Below are positions 14,377 to 27,643 of a stretch of DNA of 64,000 bases, piece after piece. The DNA lies in assembly GCA_002189035.1 (NCBI GenBank), contig CM007991.1, positions 372,001-436,000 of the forward strand. The letters run 5' to 3'. Numbering within the stretch: the stretch's first letter is position 1; every line of letters begins with the position of its first letter. The translations under genes and the position numbers were made by a program. This stretch comes from Utricularia gibba (lineage: Eukaryota; Plantae; Magnoliophyta). The notes under the pieces were generated by a model. It ran no database searches. It saw only the letters and a list, made by a program, of their open reading frames with translations, and was not told the origin of the DNA.

Positions 14377-15291
14377 GAAGGTTAGTTTGCTTAGTATTGT
14401 GTTGTGTCAGTAGGACTAAATGCGTTTATTCTTGATTGGGATGTTTGAAAATTGCAAATCTTAATTTGATTAATGTGGTTGAATGCATTCTGAATTTCGA
14501 CAAAGCTTGTACAGGATAGGAGGCAGTGATTCCATTCTTTGTTCTTACTCTGCTGACCAACCGTTCTGATGCGGGGAGAAGTTTAGAGCTGGACTTTGTG
14601 AAACTGCCGTAGCCCACTTAATGATCGGTTACACAAGCACAACATTTTCCACCGTTGAAGCAATCTTAGTGAGCTGAGAAACAACATACATACACAAAAT
14701 TTTGTAGTGATGCAGACAGGACAGGACAGCACAAATGGTACCCCTCCATGGTGCTAGTCCATATCCCAATTACCGTAATGTTTTACACTATCACACGAAC
14801 CATTAGTTCTCGCACAATGAACTTTGAGACTAGAGCACACGAGCCTGAGTATGGGCTGTCTGAACTCCAGAGATAGCACAGAGTTCTTGGCGTTCCTTGT
14901 GCAAAATGGTCTGCTTGAATCGAAGGATGATAATGGCGCGCATGGGCACTGTGGTCGCTTTTGGCTCCTGCCGCTTTCACAGTCCATCTTCAGGTATCCA
15001 TTATTTATTCATTATTTTACTTCTGCCTCGCGCTCCACGGGCCTCTTTTCTTGGCCTCAGCTCCCTCAAACTCAAACTCGAAATTTCCTTGCAAAAAGGC
15101 AACCGGAGCTGCATCCTGAGAAGTCCAAGGGTTAGATTTTCCTTGGTCTTCTTTATTGCCATGGAAGGGAACTTGTAACTGCTGGGCGGCGGTGAATTCG
15201 ATCGGCTAAAACCGGCTGCGTGCCTGAGCTGAAGCCCCAGTAGTCGTAAAATAACTGCGGATAGAAACGCAACAGCTGAACACAACTCGAC

Positions 15292-17445
<2,154 letters not shown>

Positions 17446-17966
17446 ACCAGCAACATTTCCTCCACCATGGATGAGCATTTCTGCTCCATGCTAAAGTTAC
17501 TCTACTTCACCGCACTGTGTGATACTCTGTTGCTGCTGCGATAGCATTCATACGTTCCTAATACCCTGATAAGATGCTTGCTTCCAAGGGGGGGCGAGCT
17601 CACTTCGAAGAAAGATGGTGGGATCACTGTAAATGAATTCTGCATCAGTAAGTTGGATCCAATTAATCTTCTGCAAGATCAGATCTTTGACTGTTTTAAG
17701 AATGGACTGCGGCTGCACCAAGGTGATCATGTGGTCAGCGCAGGAGTAGCTGCTAATAGCTGAACAAATGTCAATCGATGTTATGGTAATTAATGATCTG
17801 GACCAAGGGTGCCTACAGTGATAGATGGGCGACTAGAGTATCTTGTTCGCTTTCTGCTCAAGAATCGCATCTCCACAGCTTCCCATATCTCCAGAATCTT
17901 TCGATTCTTATTGCTGGGACTCGATTTGAACACAAGGGGTTTCTTGGTTGCTATGATAAGGGCGCA

Positions 17967-20878
17967 ATGGAATGCCCATCGCATGCCTTCCGCTACAATG
18001 GCACCCAGTGCTGTTGCAATCCTGGGTATCTCTACAATACGACCCAGAACAGTTGCAAGCTCTTAGAGGTGGCTGATTCCAGCTTGGAGATGAGCAGCGG
18101 CGTGCATTACGACTCCCCCTTTACCTTCCCACAGACGATACTCCCTTTGAATTCGATTTCTAGGTTCACCGCGTCGCAGGCAGTGTTACTTGAAGCAACG
18201 CTTGTGTTGCTGGTTATTTGGTTGTGTTTCTGCTTCTTTCTTCGTTTCGTTCCTCTGGGTTCCGATGGCCGCTCTCGCTGGTTCAAAATCCGTTGGTGGG
18301 TTAGCCGTCTTGACATCTCCTTTGCGACACGGCACTGGCTTGATGACCAGAAACCAGTTACCAAACGCAAAACCGAGCTTGGTGGTTGCTTGTCTGTTGC
18401 CAGTTGGATACTCTTCATCGGATTGATTGCAGCGTGCGTGTCGGAACGACCCAAATAATTCAGTTTTCATGATGCTCAGTTTGTTTCTGAACTTAACCAT
18501 TTCCACCCTTCTGCAGGTTGCTGTACCAAACGATATCGAAGCAGAGAGTAGAAGTGGGTAATGTTAGAGCCACTAATTCCCCTGATTTGGCGTCTTTTGT
18601 GAACGATTTCGCGGTTAATATCACCACGATTTCCGGCATGAATTGTGCCCATTTGCGTGGCCTTGGGACTCTTGTCACTGGGAATCCAATGTCCATTGAT
18701 AGCAGAGTCATGCCTCTTTCAAGGTTTGCAAACTTCTCGTGCATCAACACCACTCTTGGGCCAACAATTGCGCTGCATTGCCACAGCTGCCAGCCTATGT
18801 CAGACGTTGCCTACATCTCATGGCAGTTCGTGGATCTTCCCAATAGTCCTGCAACTGCTGTGGGCTTCCAGTTTAACCTCACCGCAGCGAACCCTGCCAG
18901 AAATAGGATTAAGAGTTTTGTGAGTGGCACTCTAAGAAATGTCAGCTATCAACGAGGACCAGTTACATATAGAGGAGTACTTCCTAATATGTTCAAATTC
19001 AACCTTTTCCCCGTGATGTACCGTAATTTACATGACTTGAAGCTCATCCAACCTCTGTTTCATGAGTTCATCCCTGGTTCTTACTATGATGAAATAAGTC
19101 AGCTGCAAGCATCCGTAGGGGAACCAAAAGCTGGACTGATCAACAATACATTGTCACTGAATTTCCTCTCTTCCTACATCATTGAGATTGCGAATCAGAA
19201 TACCTTTCGACCTGGTGAGTCAATCCTCAAACTCATATTTTAACTCTTTTTTTGTTGTCTTGACTTCTTTAGTAACTACATTCTGCATGTGGTTTAATAT
19301 GTGGTACAAAGCTTTGCTTTGGAATTCAACTTTTTGGTTATCAGTGTATGGGAAGGTAAAGAGGCGTATTGTATAAATGATGGAGGTTATGAACATTTAC
19401 TGTTATTGTTGTATATTTAAGTGTAGAATACAGATAGGGGTTGCTTGGTTGCGGCATGGAATGCGAAGCATGTAGTTTGAACCTTCGACTGTCACTCCAC
19501 AAATGGAGTTGTTTGTTGCTTGTGCAATACTATCGTTTGTTAAATTTGCTGTACAAGAAGGAAAAGAACGTTCGTAGTATATAGTACGTGACAATGCCAT
19601 ACTGCATTATTCATTTGAAATATCTGACAAATGATACGCTTTATCTTATTTTGTCAAATCAGTGAGCTTCCTTGCTGATCTGGGAGGTCTCTATTGCATT
19701 AGTATTGGAATATTTTTTTACTTACTGGTGCAGGTATGCTTTTTTCTTTCTGTCCATCTTATTCTGTTCTCTTTGGACCTGAAACTTATGCATCATGAAA
19801 CATGTGCATCTATTCAAAAAAAAAAAAAAACAATGCAGTACTTTGACATATGCACTTAATGTTAGGCAGCAGCTACCCTGCAAGATTTGAGAGTTTTGGT
19901 CTTTTTTTTTTTTTAACTAAAGGTATTCATAAAGTTCCTAGTTTAAAGTGTGAATACAGGTTCAGGAGTCTCCGCAACGAGGACAGTATCATGAGGAATA
20001 TAAAAAATCGAAGAAGAGCCAAAGACAACTGGGAAAAAGTACTTCTTCATCCGTTTTGTCAGCAAGACTGATACCACACACCTGCACATTTCTTTGGTTT
20101 GCCCTCTTCGTATGTGCCCAGACGGGGTTGCAGCCTTCGTTCTCTTGTTTGAGCGTATGCGCATCTCTATGTAGTTAAGAAAGTACGTGCAGTACACCTG
20201 GGGAGCTAACTTTTTGGAGGCAGACAGGAGCGAGAGAGATGATGAATGTTGTGCTTGTGTTACCAGGAAGTCATTGCATCAGCATCGTTCATCACCTAGG
20301 TCGAAGTTGCACCGAACTGGTGCTGCCACATTCAGAAAAAAGGTAGTGGTGATGCCCTTCACAATTTCTGCTATGTTGTAGATCAGCTGTATTTTATCTT
20401 TAGTTTCATGATCTTCACAGAAGGCCGTTTCAGAGAACGTTGACTCTGCTGATACTGCGACAGGAGAACTGAACTTAATGAAGATGGCATCTTCTTTTGA
20501 CAGAAAACCTGTAAGCCTTCCTTGCTTTGTGTTGAACTCTGCCAAACTTTGCTGGGGATGATCTTTTTCTCCTTGCGTAGGCAAATGAATGTGAGATAAA
20601 ACCAGTGACTCAGATCTCTCAACGCTGTCCATCTATCGATACTGCTGATGTACCACCACTCCCACCATTAGGTACGGTACAGCAAACTCCCTTTTACTGG
20701 ATTGTATTCACCTTTGCTTACTCTCTGTGGCCGTGCAGAGTTCAGTGCTGGTGATGAGATCAGCGCAGGCGCTCTTCAAGAAAACCTCAAAAAGTTGTAT
20801 GACTACAATGTACAGCTGAGAATGATGCTAGTAGCACGACAGATAAACGATTCGGTTAGAAGGGATAGACCATACTGA
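17967..20878 (+). CDS. Uncharacterised plant transmembrane protein: Cys-rich N-terminus, 3 predicted TM segments, large loop, C-terminal coiled-coil; about 8 exons
   Basis: ATG at 17967 (MECPSHAFRYNGTQCCCNPGY). In-phase exons near 17967-18434, 18518-19213, 19662-19732, 19948-20039, 20175-20341, 20420-20509, 20581-20671 and 20739-20878, ending ...KLYDYNVQLRMM...RPY*. Confidence 0.85.
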
Positions 20879-21219
20879 AGGGTAAACTCATAGAAACGTC
20901 AAGCATGCTCTTGCATTTTACACATATTGCAGACCTTCATTATTTATTCATATGAATCGTATCGGAATTTTCATTGGTTCAGCTGAAAATAGAAAAAGAG
21001 ATCCTCATAATATGGAGATATTAAAACAAAATTTCCATGATACGATAAAAAAAAAAAAAAGGTGACAACTCTTGGTGCGAGTTTGTTTTTGAAAGCTCCT
21101 TGATGGCTCAGCTTATTGACATTCCATTCTACTGCAGAGGGAGGTTTCCTCCATTGGAAAGTCCAAAGCCCTAAATTGAAAATGAAACATTGAGAATAAA
21201 AAAAAAAAATTACCGTTTA

Positions 21220-21965
21220 TCATCTGAGTTTCTCCCTTGCAGCAGATTTGCGTGCTGCTTCACTGATCTTCTCAGCATACCCTTCAATGGGAGGCGTTAG
21301 TGTGGCCATAAATCGGTTCACTGGAAAAGGGGTCAAATCTGGGACCAAAGCAGCTGCCTTGAGGTCCTCTGGCAACGCCTCGATAGCCTCCTTCTTCAAG
21401 CGCAACAGAGTTGATTCAGCTGCCTGTCTTGCTCTATGCTTCCGCATCAGAACACGGCTGTACTCCTTGGCCAATCTTCGTCCATCTTCGATGGTCAGCT
21501 CATACTTTGGAATCTTATCTGCATCAACTAGACCTAAACTGATGAGATCCAAACCAGGGGTCCCATCATAAAAGGGGAGGAAAACTCATCCCCCTTTTTC
21601 CTTAGTTTCTGTTTTGCCTCTTCACTAGCCTTGCTAACTAGCCCCATTTTCTCCCGCTCGGCCTCCCTCTGCTTTTCCCTTGGCTTCAAGAATCTGATGG
21701 GTGCAGAAGCAGACAAGCATTGATCAACCATTTCATCAAACTCATTTCTCCTTCTTGGCCCTTCCTTGGAAGAAGAATCTGGGGATGAACCCTTGTTTGT
21801 AGTTAGTTTAGACCGCTTCAGTGTCTGCCCAGCCTTGATCTTCGCTTTCCCCTTGGCTGTTCCACTCACAGAGCATCTCTGCAATAGCTGGTAACCCAAA
21901 CAACTCAAGGGCCTTGATTTCTTCAAAACGGCTGAACCCATCATCTTGTAGAAACCTAAAAGCAT
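21220..21965 (-). CDS. mL40: Mitochondrial ribosomal protein mL40 (MRP-L28 family)-like; single coding exon broken by an apparent 1-bp deletion at 21562-21564
   Basis: N-half ...SVSGTAKGKAKIKAGQTLKRSK...REAEREKMGL and C-half DLISLG...EDGRRLAKEYSRVLMRKHR...PDLTPFP...TLTPPIEGY...KLR*. The halves join as MMGTPGLDLI if one G is restored. The start Met could be 21965 or 21944. Confidence 0.78.
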
Positions 21966-22403
21966 AGACCATGAGTTTTCATTTTCCCCCAGCACAAACA
22001 ACCTCAATGGCACAACTATCACTGCATATAATAGATCTTGCCTCACTACCATTAAGGAGCATCAAATAGAGTAATACAGCCGTCAATTTAAATAAGAAAA
22101 ACCGTTGCCTAACAATTACAAAGTCGAAGAACCCCAGCTAGACAGCCCCATTTCAAAAAAGGCATACCGTTTATTGAAGCAGGAAAAGAACTCAAAACTA
22201 TCAAAAGACTTCAGCCTCGAGCTATCTCGAAACAATACCCAACTCTTCAGAATCCAAGTTTAACTGCAGAATAAAGCTCCGGTTCCCGTTAAAAGATCCG
22301 GGAAGACGAAACCTCCCTGTTTCTCGCTTCCCCGAAGCCCTAGGTAGAAAATGCGACGCCTCTGTTTTTCCTGAACATGCGTAGAAGCCCCAGTTTGTGA
22401 AAA

Positions 22404-22444
22404 TGGGCTTCTCCTAAATGGGCTAGGCTACGCTCTTTAGCCCA
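22404..22444. promoter_or_regulatory. Cluster of three Site II motifs (TGGGCY) upstream of the mL40 gene
   Basis: TGGGCT at 22404 and 22419, AGCCCA at 22439. Site II elements are established TCP-bound motifs of plant ribosomal and mitochondrial genes. Confidence 0.6.
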
Positions 22445-22837
22445 TTAATCGATTAACGGTTAATTAAACCTGCCCATTCAAACTTATTGGTTTACCGATT
22501 TCGATGATCGATTTTTATTTTAAACACTGTCGAAGTTTGGTTGCCCTTCCAGTTTGTGTGTTTCGTTGTGCTGGTGCATTTTAGTGCAATGTTTTGCAGT
22601 GGTTGGAATTCTGGGGGATGCAAAGAACATCATGCTTTCTTAAATCCTGGGATTTCTGGCCAGAAGATGGGTGATGCCCTGTGAGTTTCTTGGCTTATCT
22701 GCGTAAAAATACATGAGCTTTGGAAGTTGATGTTGTACTCAAGTCATGGTCTACGATTGTAGCTCTTCCGCTGTGATGATCCTGCGGAGTCTGTACAAAT
22801 CCACTGCTGTTATCACAGTGCCTTCTGCAAATTGGCA

Positions 22838-24977
22838 TCAAATATACTCATGAAGAATCATTTCTTGTCCATGACCGATCTCTGGTTTCTCGTACAGGCT
22901 ACGTTCTTCTTCCTCAATCACTGCCAAGGGGTTTGCTCTCTTGAGGGCCGGCCGCTTCTGGAACTTCTTCTTGTTGTTCTCTTGGATCCCTTCGTCTCCC
23001 TTTAGCATCCTCACAACCTTCATAACACAGCATAAGAAAAGAATATCTGTGATGTTCAAAAAACCAGCTGCAACAGCAACGTACTTGGCTCATTTGCGGC
23101 CTTTCTGAACAGTCATGGTGGATGCACAGGGTGGCCACATGAACGACGTGATGCAGCTGATCAACATTGTAGTTCCCGTTGAGGGCCGGATCAATGATCT
23201 TCCCTAAATCATGGGTTTGCAGGATGGGTTTGGCCTGTAATTTCCATCAAGCTTTTATCAGTCAGTATGCTGAACTTGATCTCATGAATATTTTCAGATA
23301 AGGTGGGTTACCCATATCAGAACGCTGTTTCCTGATTCATCTATGGCTGGCCGGCTGCTCACAAGCTCCAACAACAGAACCCCATATGCATAAACATCTG
23401 TCTTTTCATCAACTATTCCATGCATGAAGAACTCCGGAGGGAGATAACTGAGGTGAAAAAAAAAAGAGAGAGAAATAGATCTTATGGCTGAGGTAGAAGA
23501 AGCAAGAGAAGGGATACTGAAATTATTTGTTCAAAACATAGAAAGCCACCCAAATGTGCCTTCAATATGTGAAACAGTGAGGTGAGTCCATTGATCTGGA
23601 AGCCATTTTGCAAGTCCAAAATCTGAAATCTGCACATGTAATGTAGAGACAGAAGGGACTAGAATTTAGGGTTGCTCAAAGTAATCTAGAAAAAAGGTCT
23701 CTGCTTGCCTGTGGTTCAAAATCTGCAGTGAGCAAAATATTAGCAGACTTGATGTCTCTATGGATGATTCTTCTTTGGCAACCCTCATGGAGATAGGAGA
23801 GACCCGAGGCAATGCCTAGAGCAATGTTGTATCTGAGTTGCCATGTCAACTTTCCCTTCTCCCCTGAGCAGTTGAAACCAGTAAAATGACAGAAACAACT
23901 GTTTATTTTGAGGAGCCAAAACGAACCTTTTAGCAGAGAAGACAAGCTTCCGTTGGGAGATAGTGGAAGGACAAGATGCATCCCTCCTTCAACCCCATAC
24001 CCAACTACTCCCGAAATATTTGGATGATTAACGTGCACCAGAATTCCGAGCTCCGACAAGTAATCCGACGTCATTTCCTCTTGTGTTCCTCTAATAAGCC
24101 TTTTCACAGCTATGAGTTGTCCATCTTCCAAGTGCCCTTTGTATACCTCAGAATACCCACCTTCTCCAATCAAGTTCTCTAACCAAGATCCAAAAGAGTT
24201 GGTTTCATTGGAACACAGAATACAGAAACATGTCTTGTCCAAATTGCTGTACCTTGGCTGAAGTCATTAGTAGCTTCTTGAAGGTCAGAAAGTGTAAAAT
24301 TTTTCCAGGAAGTCTCAAAGCAGTAATACAAGTCGGCTTCTATGTGAGGAGGAAGAGATGGCAAACTCTGTGAACTCCTCGTAGTCTTCTTCTTTGAAAG
24401 CTTCTTTATGGAGGGAAGATGAGGTATGCTGGGATGAAACGAAGGCCCCTTTTTCAGCTTCCGAAGAAATCCCTTCCATTGTGAGCCAGCGCCTTCACTG
24501 TCGTCTTTCTCATTCGTCTTGGTGTCTTCCAAACTTACTGTTGATCCTACCTCTATTGCTACTATTGCCGAATTTCCCTTGTCTTCCTCTTTTCTAGACG
24601 AGGATTCGTCTTCTGTTGCGGCGAGCTCGAGGTCCAAGTTGCTTAAATCTACAGAAAACTTGATGATCGATCGTGACTCCTTTGAATACGCTGAACAATA
24701 CAAATTCTTGCTGGTTACCTTCCGGAGACAAGGTGATGGAGGTGGAGAAGAGTAATTTCTTCCCAACTATAAAGAATTGTCCATCAGAGCTCTCATCAGC
24801 AACTTCGCTTGCATCATCGGTTTCCCTTCGCAGACACCCAGCATAATCAAGCAACAGAAGCCATTCAATCAAGGTAACAAATTTGGATTTTCAATCAGCA
24901 AACATGATCATTCATCATTAACATGAAAAACTGTCTGGTTATGGTTTTTGTTACCTGTTCTGGGCTTCATTTTCCAT
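22838..24977 (-). CDS. Receptor-like cytoplasmic kinase, RLCK-VI (RBK-like) subfamily
   Basis: MENEAQN|RETDD...SPE|DLSNL..., IGEGGYSEVYKG, IAVKRL, HRDIKSANILL, ISDFGLAKW, GTFGYLPPEFFMHGIVDEKTDVYAYG, RPQMSQ. One GC-AG intron (23630-23708). Confidence 0.93.
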
Positions 24978-25735
24978 GGCGCCCTGGAAACGAGGAAGGG
25001 GGAGAGAGAAAGAGAGCAAGAAGCAAAAATGGAAGAAATCGTCTGGTGCGTTGGGTTACATCTCATTGCATGCAATCAATCCATCTGGTGGCTTTCATCA
25101 ATTTCTTACCTCCTTAAAAACATCCAAACCTTGAACTGCGGGTTTTATTTGCCATTTTGAGAATGATCCATTTTTCTTACATTAAATAAATACATCCATA
25201 AAAAAAATAAAACAAAACTAACCCGAAAACCCATCCTAAGTCATGCCATAAAATGTTATTTTGTGTTAAATAATATATATTTGATTGCATCTGCTATGAG
25301 TAATTAATACACGAAATGCATAAAATCAACTCGATGTGCTTTGATTGAATGTCAATCAAACTAAATAATATATAGTTTTTTTGAAATAGTTTGAAAAAAT
25401 AGTAATGATAGTAGATTACGTCTTCAATGGAATCAATGGAAAAATTGGGAGTGGCAACAAATTTTTACATAAAGAATGTCAACGAAAAAAAAAAAGTTGT
25501 ATGAAACGTTTTTATAATATATGATATTTAGTACGAATATTCTGCTAATTTTTTAAATATAAATTCAACTTGATATCAAACATATGATAGTTGCTCCTTT
25601 TAATATTCCAAACTTCTTTCTCTTCCAACAGAACACCATTAGAATTTGAAATATCTGAGTGGCACACCAGTAGTAGTTGGGTTTCTGAACTTTCAAAATG
25701 TAAGAATTACCGATATTCAGAACCTTATTTTCGAT

Positions 25736-25841
25736 CAGTGTTTTAAAGTAACGAATTCAATTTAAATCTGATAAAAATGATTCAATCCAAATTCATACTA
25801 ACAAAATCTAAAAATGAATTCAACCCGTTTTTAAAACACTG
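25736..25841. mobile_element. 106-bp miniature inverted-repeat element (hAT-like TIRs)
   Basis: Perfect 12-bp TIR CAGTGTTTTAAA ... TTTAAAACACTG around an AT-rich core; no intact target-site duplication seen. Confidence 0.55.
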
Positions 25842-26545
25842 GTTCTCGTTTTAGGTTTACTCGTTAGCATATTGCCATCGATTTCAATTTTTGACAAATA
25901 CGGATTAAACGAAAATCTAATACCCTAAATCGTGTGTCGTGTTTGATAGATTTGTTTATTTTTTTCGAATTACGTTTATTTAATAGATGTGTTCTCTAAT
26001 ACACATGATTTGCAAAACATTTTTAGTAATGTTTTCTAAATTCTTTGCTTGTGGGAGTTTTCTCAATCAATGAAGATTTAGTTTTCTTAATTAAACAAGA
26101 TTTTATCAAACATAATATTATTTTAAATAGATATTTATAAAGCTGACTTAGTAAACATACTTTCAATGCTAACTATTACTAATTTACTTAAAATGAAACT
26201 AGTCTACCGAACATCCATTTTTGAATTTTTATGGATGATGTTTATAATAATATCCATAAAAAAAGTCAAAGTGACTTAAATCGGGTTTATGGGTTGGAAA
26301 TTGGAATGGGCATCTCGTGGTATTCTTTGGTTTTTAATTTTTAAATACAATTTATTATCCAAATTGTCAACGTTTACTTAAACCAAATTGCAACATGCTT
26401 GGAGCACCATGCTTTCTTGCCCTAAAGAGGAAAAATTACAATGAAAAGTAATCGGCACCACTTCTGGGGTTTACGTACTCGGAAAGAAACGAACACCCAA
26501 CACAAATGACCAACGGTGTGAAACTTCGAGTGGGTCACCTGAGTC

Positions 26546-26994
26546 CACGTGCGGAAAATAAAAGTATCAGACCAATGCCACGTGATGAAACAAAATCCAA
26601 GTACCCGCATGCAGGAAAACCGTTTGTACGAATTACGTAATTATAAATATCTCCAGGGGTCCCACACCCTGCTGCGACTCAAGTTGTTGAAAGTATACTT
26701 CATAAAGAAACGTGGACCGTATGTTTTTAGATCACGGTTCACATTAATCTTGAACCTTATTTTCAAGTAGGTAATTTACTGTGGTTTGAGAAGTGGTTAA
26801 GGGTATTTATAGCCTTAATTTGTAGTAAAAAGATGAAAAAGAACCGATGTGGGATGCATATCCATTACAGTAGTAAACCAACAGTTGAAGAGTACGCTTG
26901 AAATTTCTCTGAGTTACCATTCCATCAAGCAACTCCCATCTCGTTCCAATCTCCTTCGCTTCTTCCCATCTCTCTGTCTCTCCCTCTATATATA
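26546..26994 (+). promoter_or_regulatory. DMP promoter: two G-boxes and a TATA-like element
   Basis: CACGTG at 26546 and 26579, further ACGT cores near 26473 and 26711, and a TATATATA tract at about 26986-26994, 40-50 bp before the DMP ATG. Confidence 0.5.
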
Positions 26995-27034
26995 TGCATC
27001 CACAGGACAAGGCATCGTCTCAGTTTGAAAGTTG

Positions 27035-27607
27035 ATGGCCACCGGTGGAAGCCAGGCGGCGTTCAAGGGTCTGAGCAGTCTCTTCACGCATCTTCCGACA
27101 GGAACGGTGTTCCTGTTCCAGTTTCTCAGCCCGGTCCTGACCAACAACGGAGAATGCCGACCGTTTAACAAGATCTTATCCAGCTCTCTGATCATCCTGT
27201 GCAGCATATCCTGCTTGCTCTTCTCCATCTCCGATAGCTACACCGACCCCCAGGGGAATAAGATTTTCGGCGTAGCCACGCGGACCGGGATGTGGCTCGG
27301 CTCCGGCAGTGTAGCCGCGGAGGAGCTGTACGAATATAGACTTAAAATAGGGGATCTGGTGCATGCCATCTTCTCTTTGATTATTTTTGCTACTATCGCG
27401 CTCTTGGACACCAACATGGTGAATTGCTTCTACCCGGGGTTCAAGTCGACGCAGAGCATGCTCGTCGTCGTCATCCCTACCCTCATCGGAGCCATCTCCG
27501 GTGTAGTGTTCGTCATGTTTCCGAACAAGCGCCATCGCCTAAGGTATGTTTCATATTTCGCCGTAGGGTTTCCCCTTTACCTCTGCTTATCAGAAGTATG
27601 CTCTTGA
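27035..27607 (+). CDS. DMP: DMP (DUF679) membrane protein, DMP2-like (unspliced form)
   Basis: LPTGTVFLFQFLSPVLTNNGEC, SDSYTD, YRLKIGDLVHAIFS, LLDTNMVNCFYP, FVMFPNKRH; four hydrophobic segments. True ATG at 27035 (the ORF track starts at TTG 27032). Confidence 0.92.
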   Translation: MATGGSQAAFKGLSSLFTHLPTGTVFLFQFLSPVLTNNGECRPFNKILSSSLIILCSISCLLFSISDSYTDPQGNKIFGVATRTGMWLGSGSVAAEELYEYRLKIGDLVHAIFSLIIFATIALLDTNMVNCFYPGFKSTQSMLVVVIPTLIGAISGVVFVMFPNKRHRLRYVSYFAVGFPLYLCLSEVCS

Positions 27608-27643
27608 TTACCAGTTAAAGTACTTGGAAATGCCCTTTTCAGA

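Noticed and set aside
15109-15120. CTGCATCCTGAG, a partial match to miR2111
   Set aside because: Only 12 nt match and no fold-back partner was seen.
24690-24770. Apparent frame switch near the RLCK N-terminus
   Set aside because: Resolved by an ordinary phase-1 intron (CCG GAA G|gtaacc...ctgtag|AT TTA).
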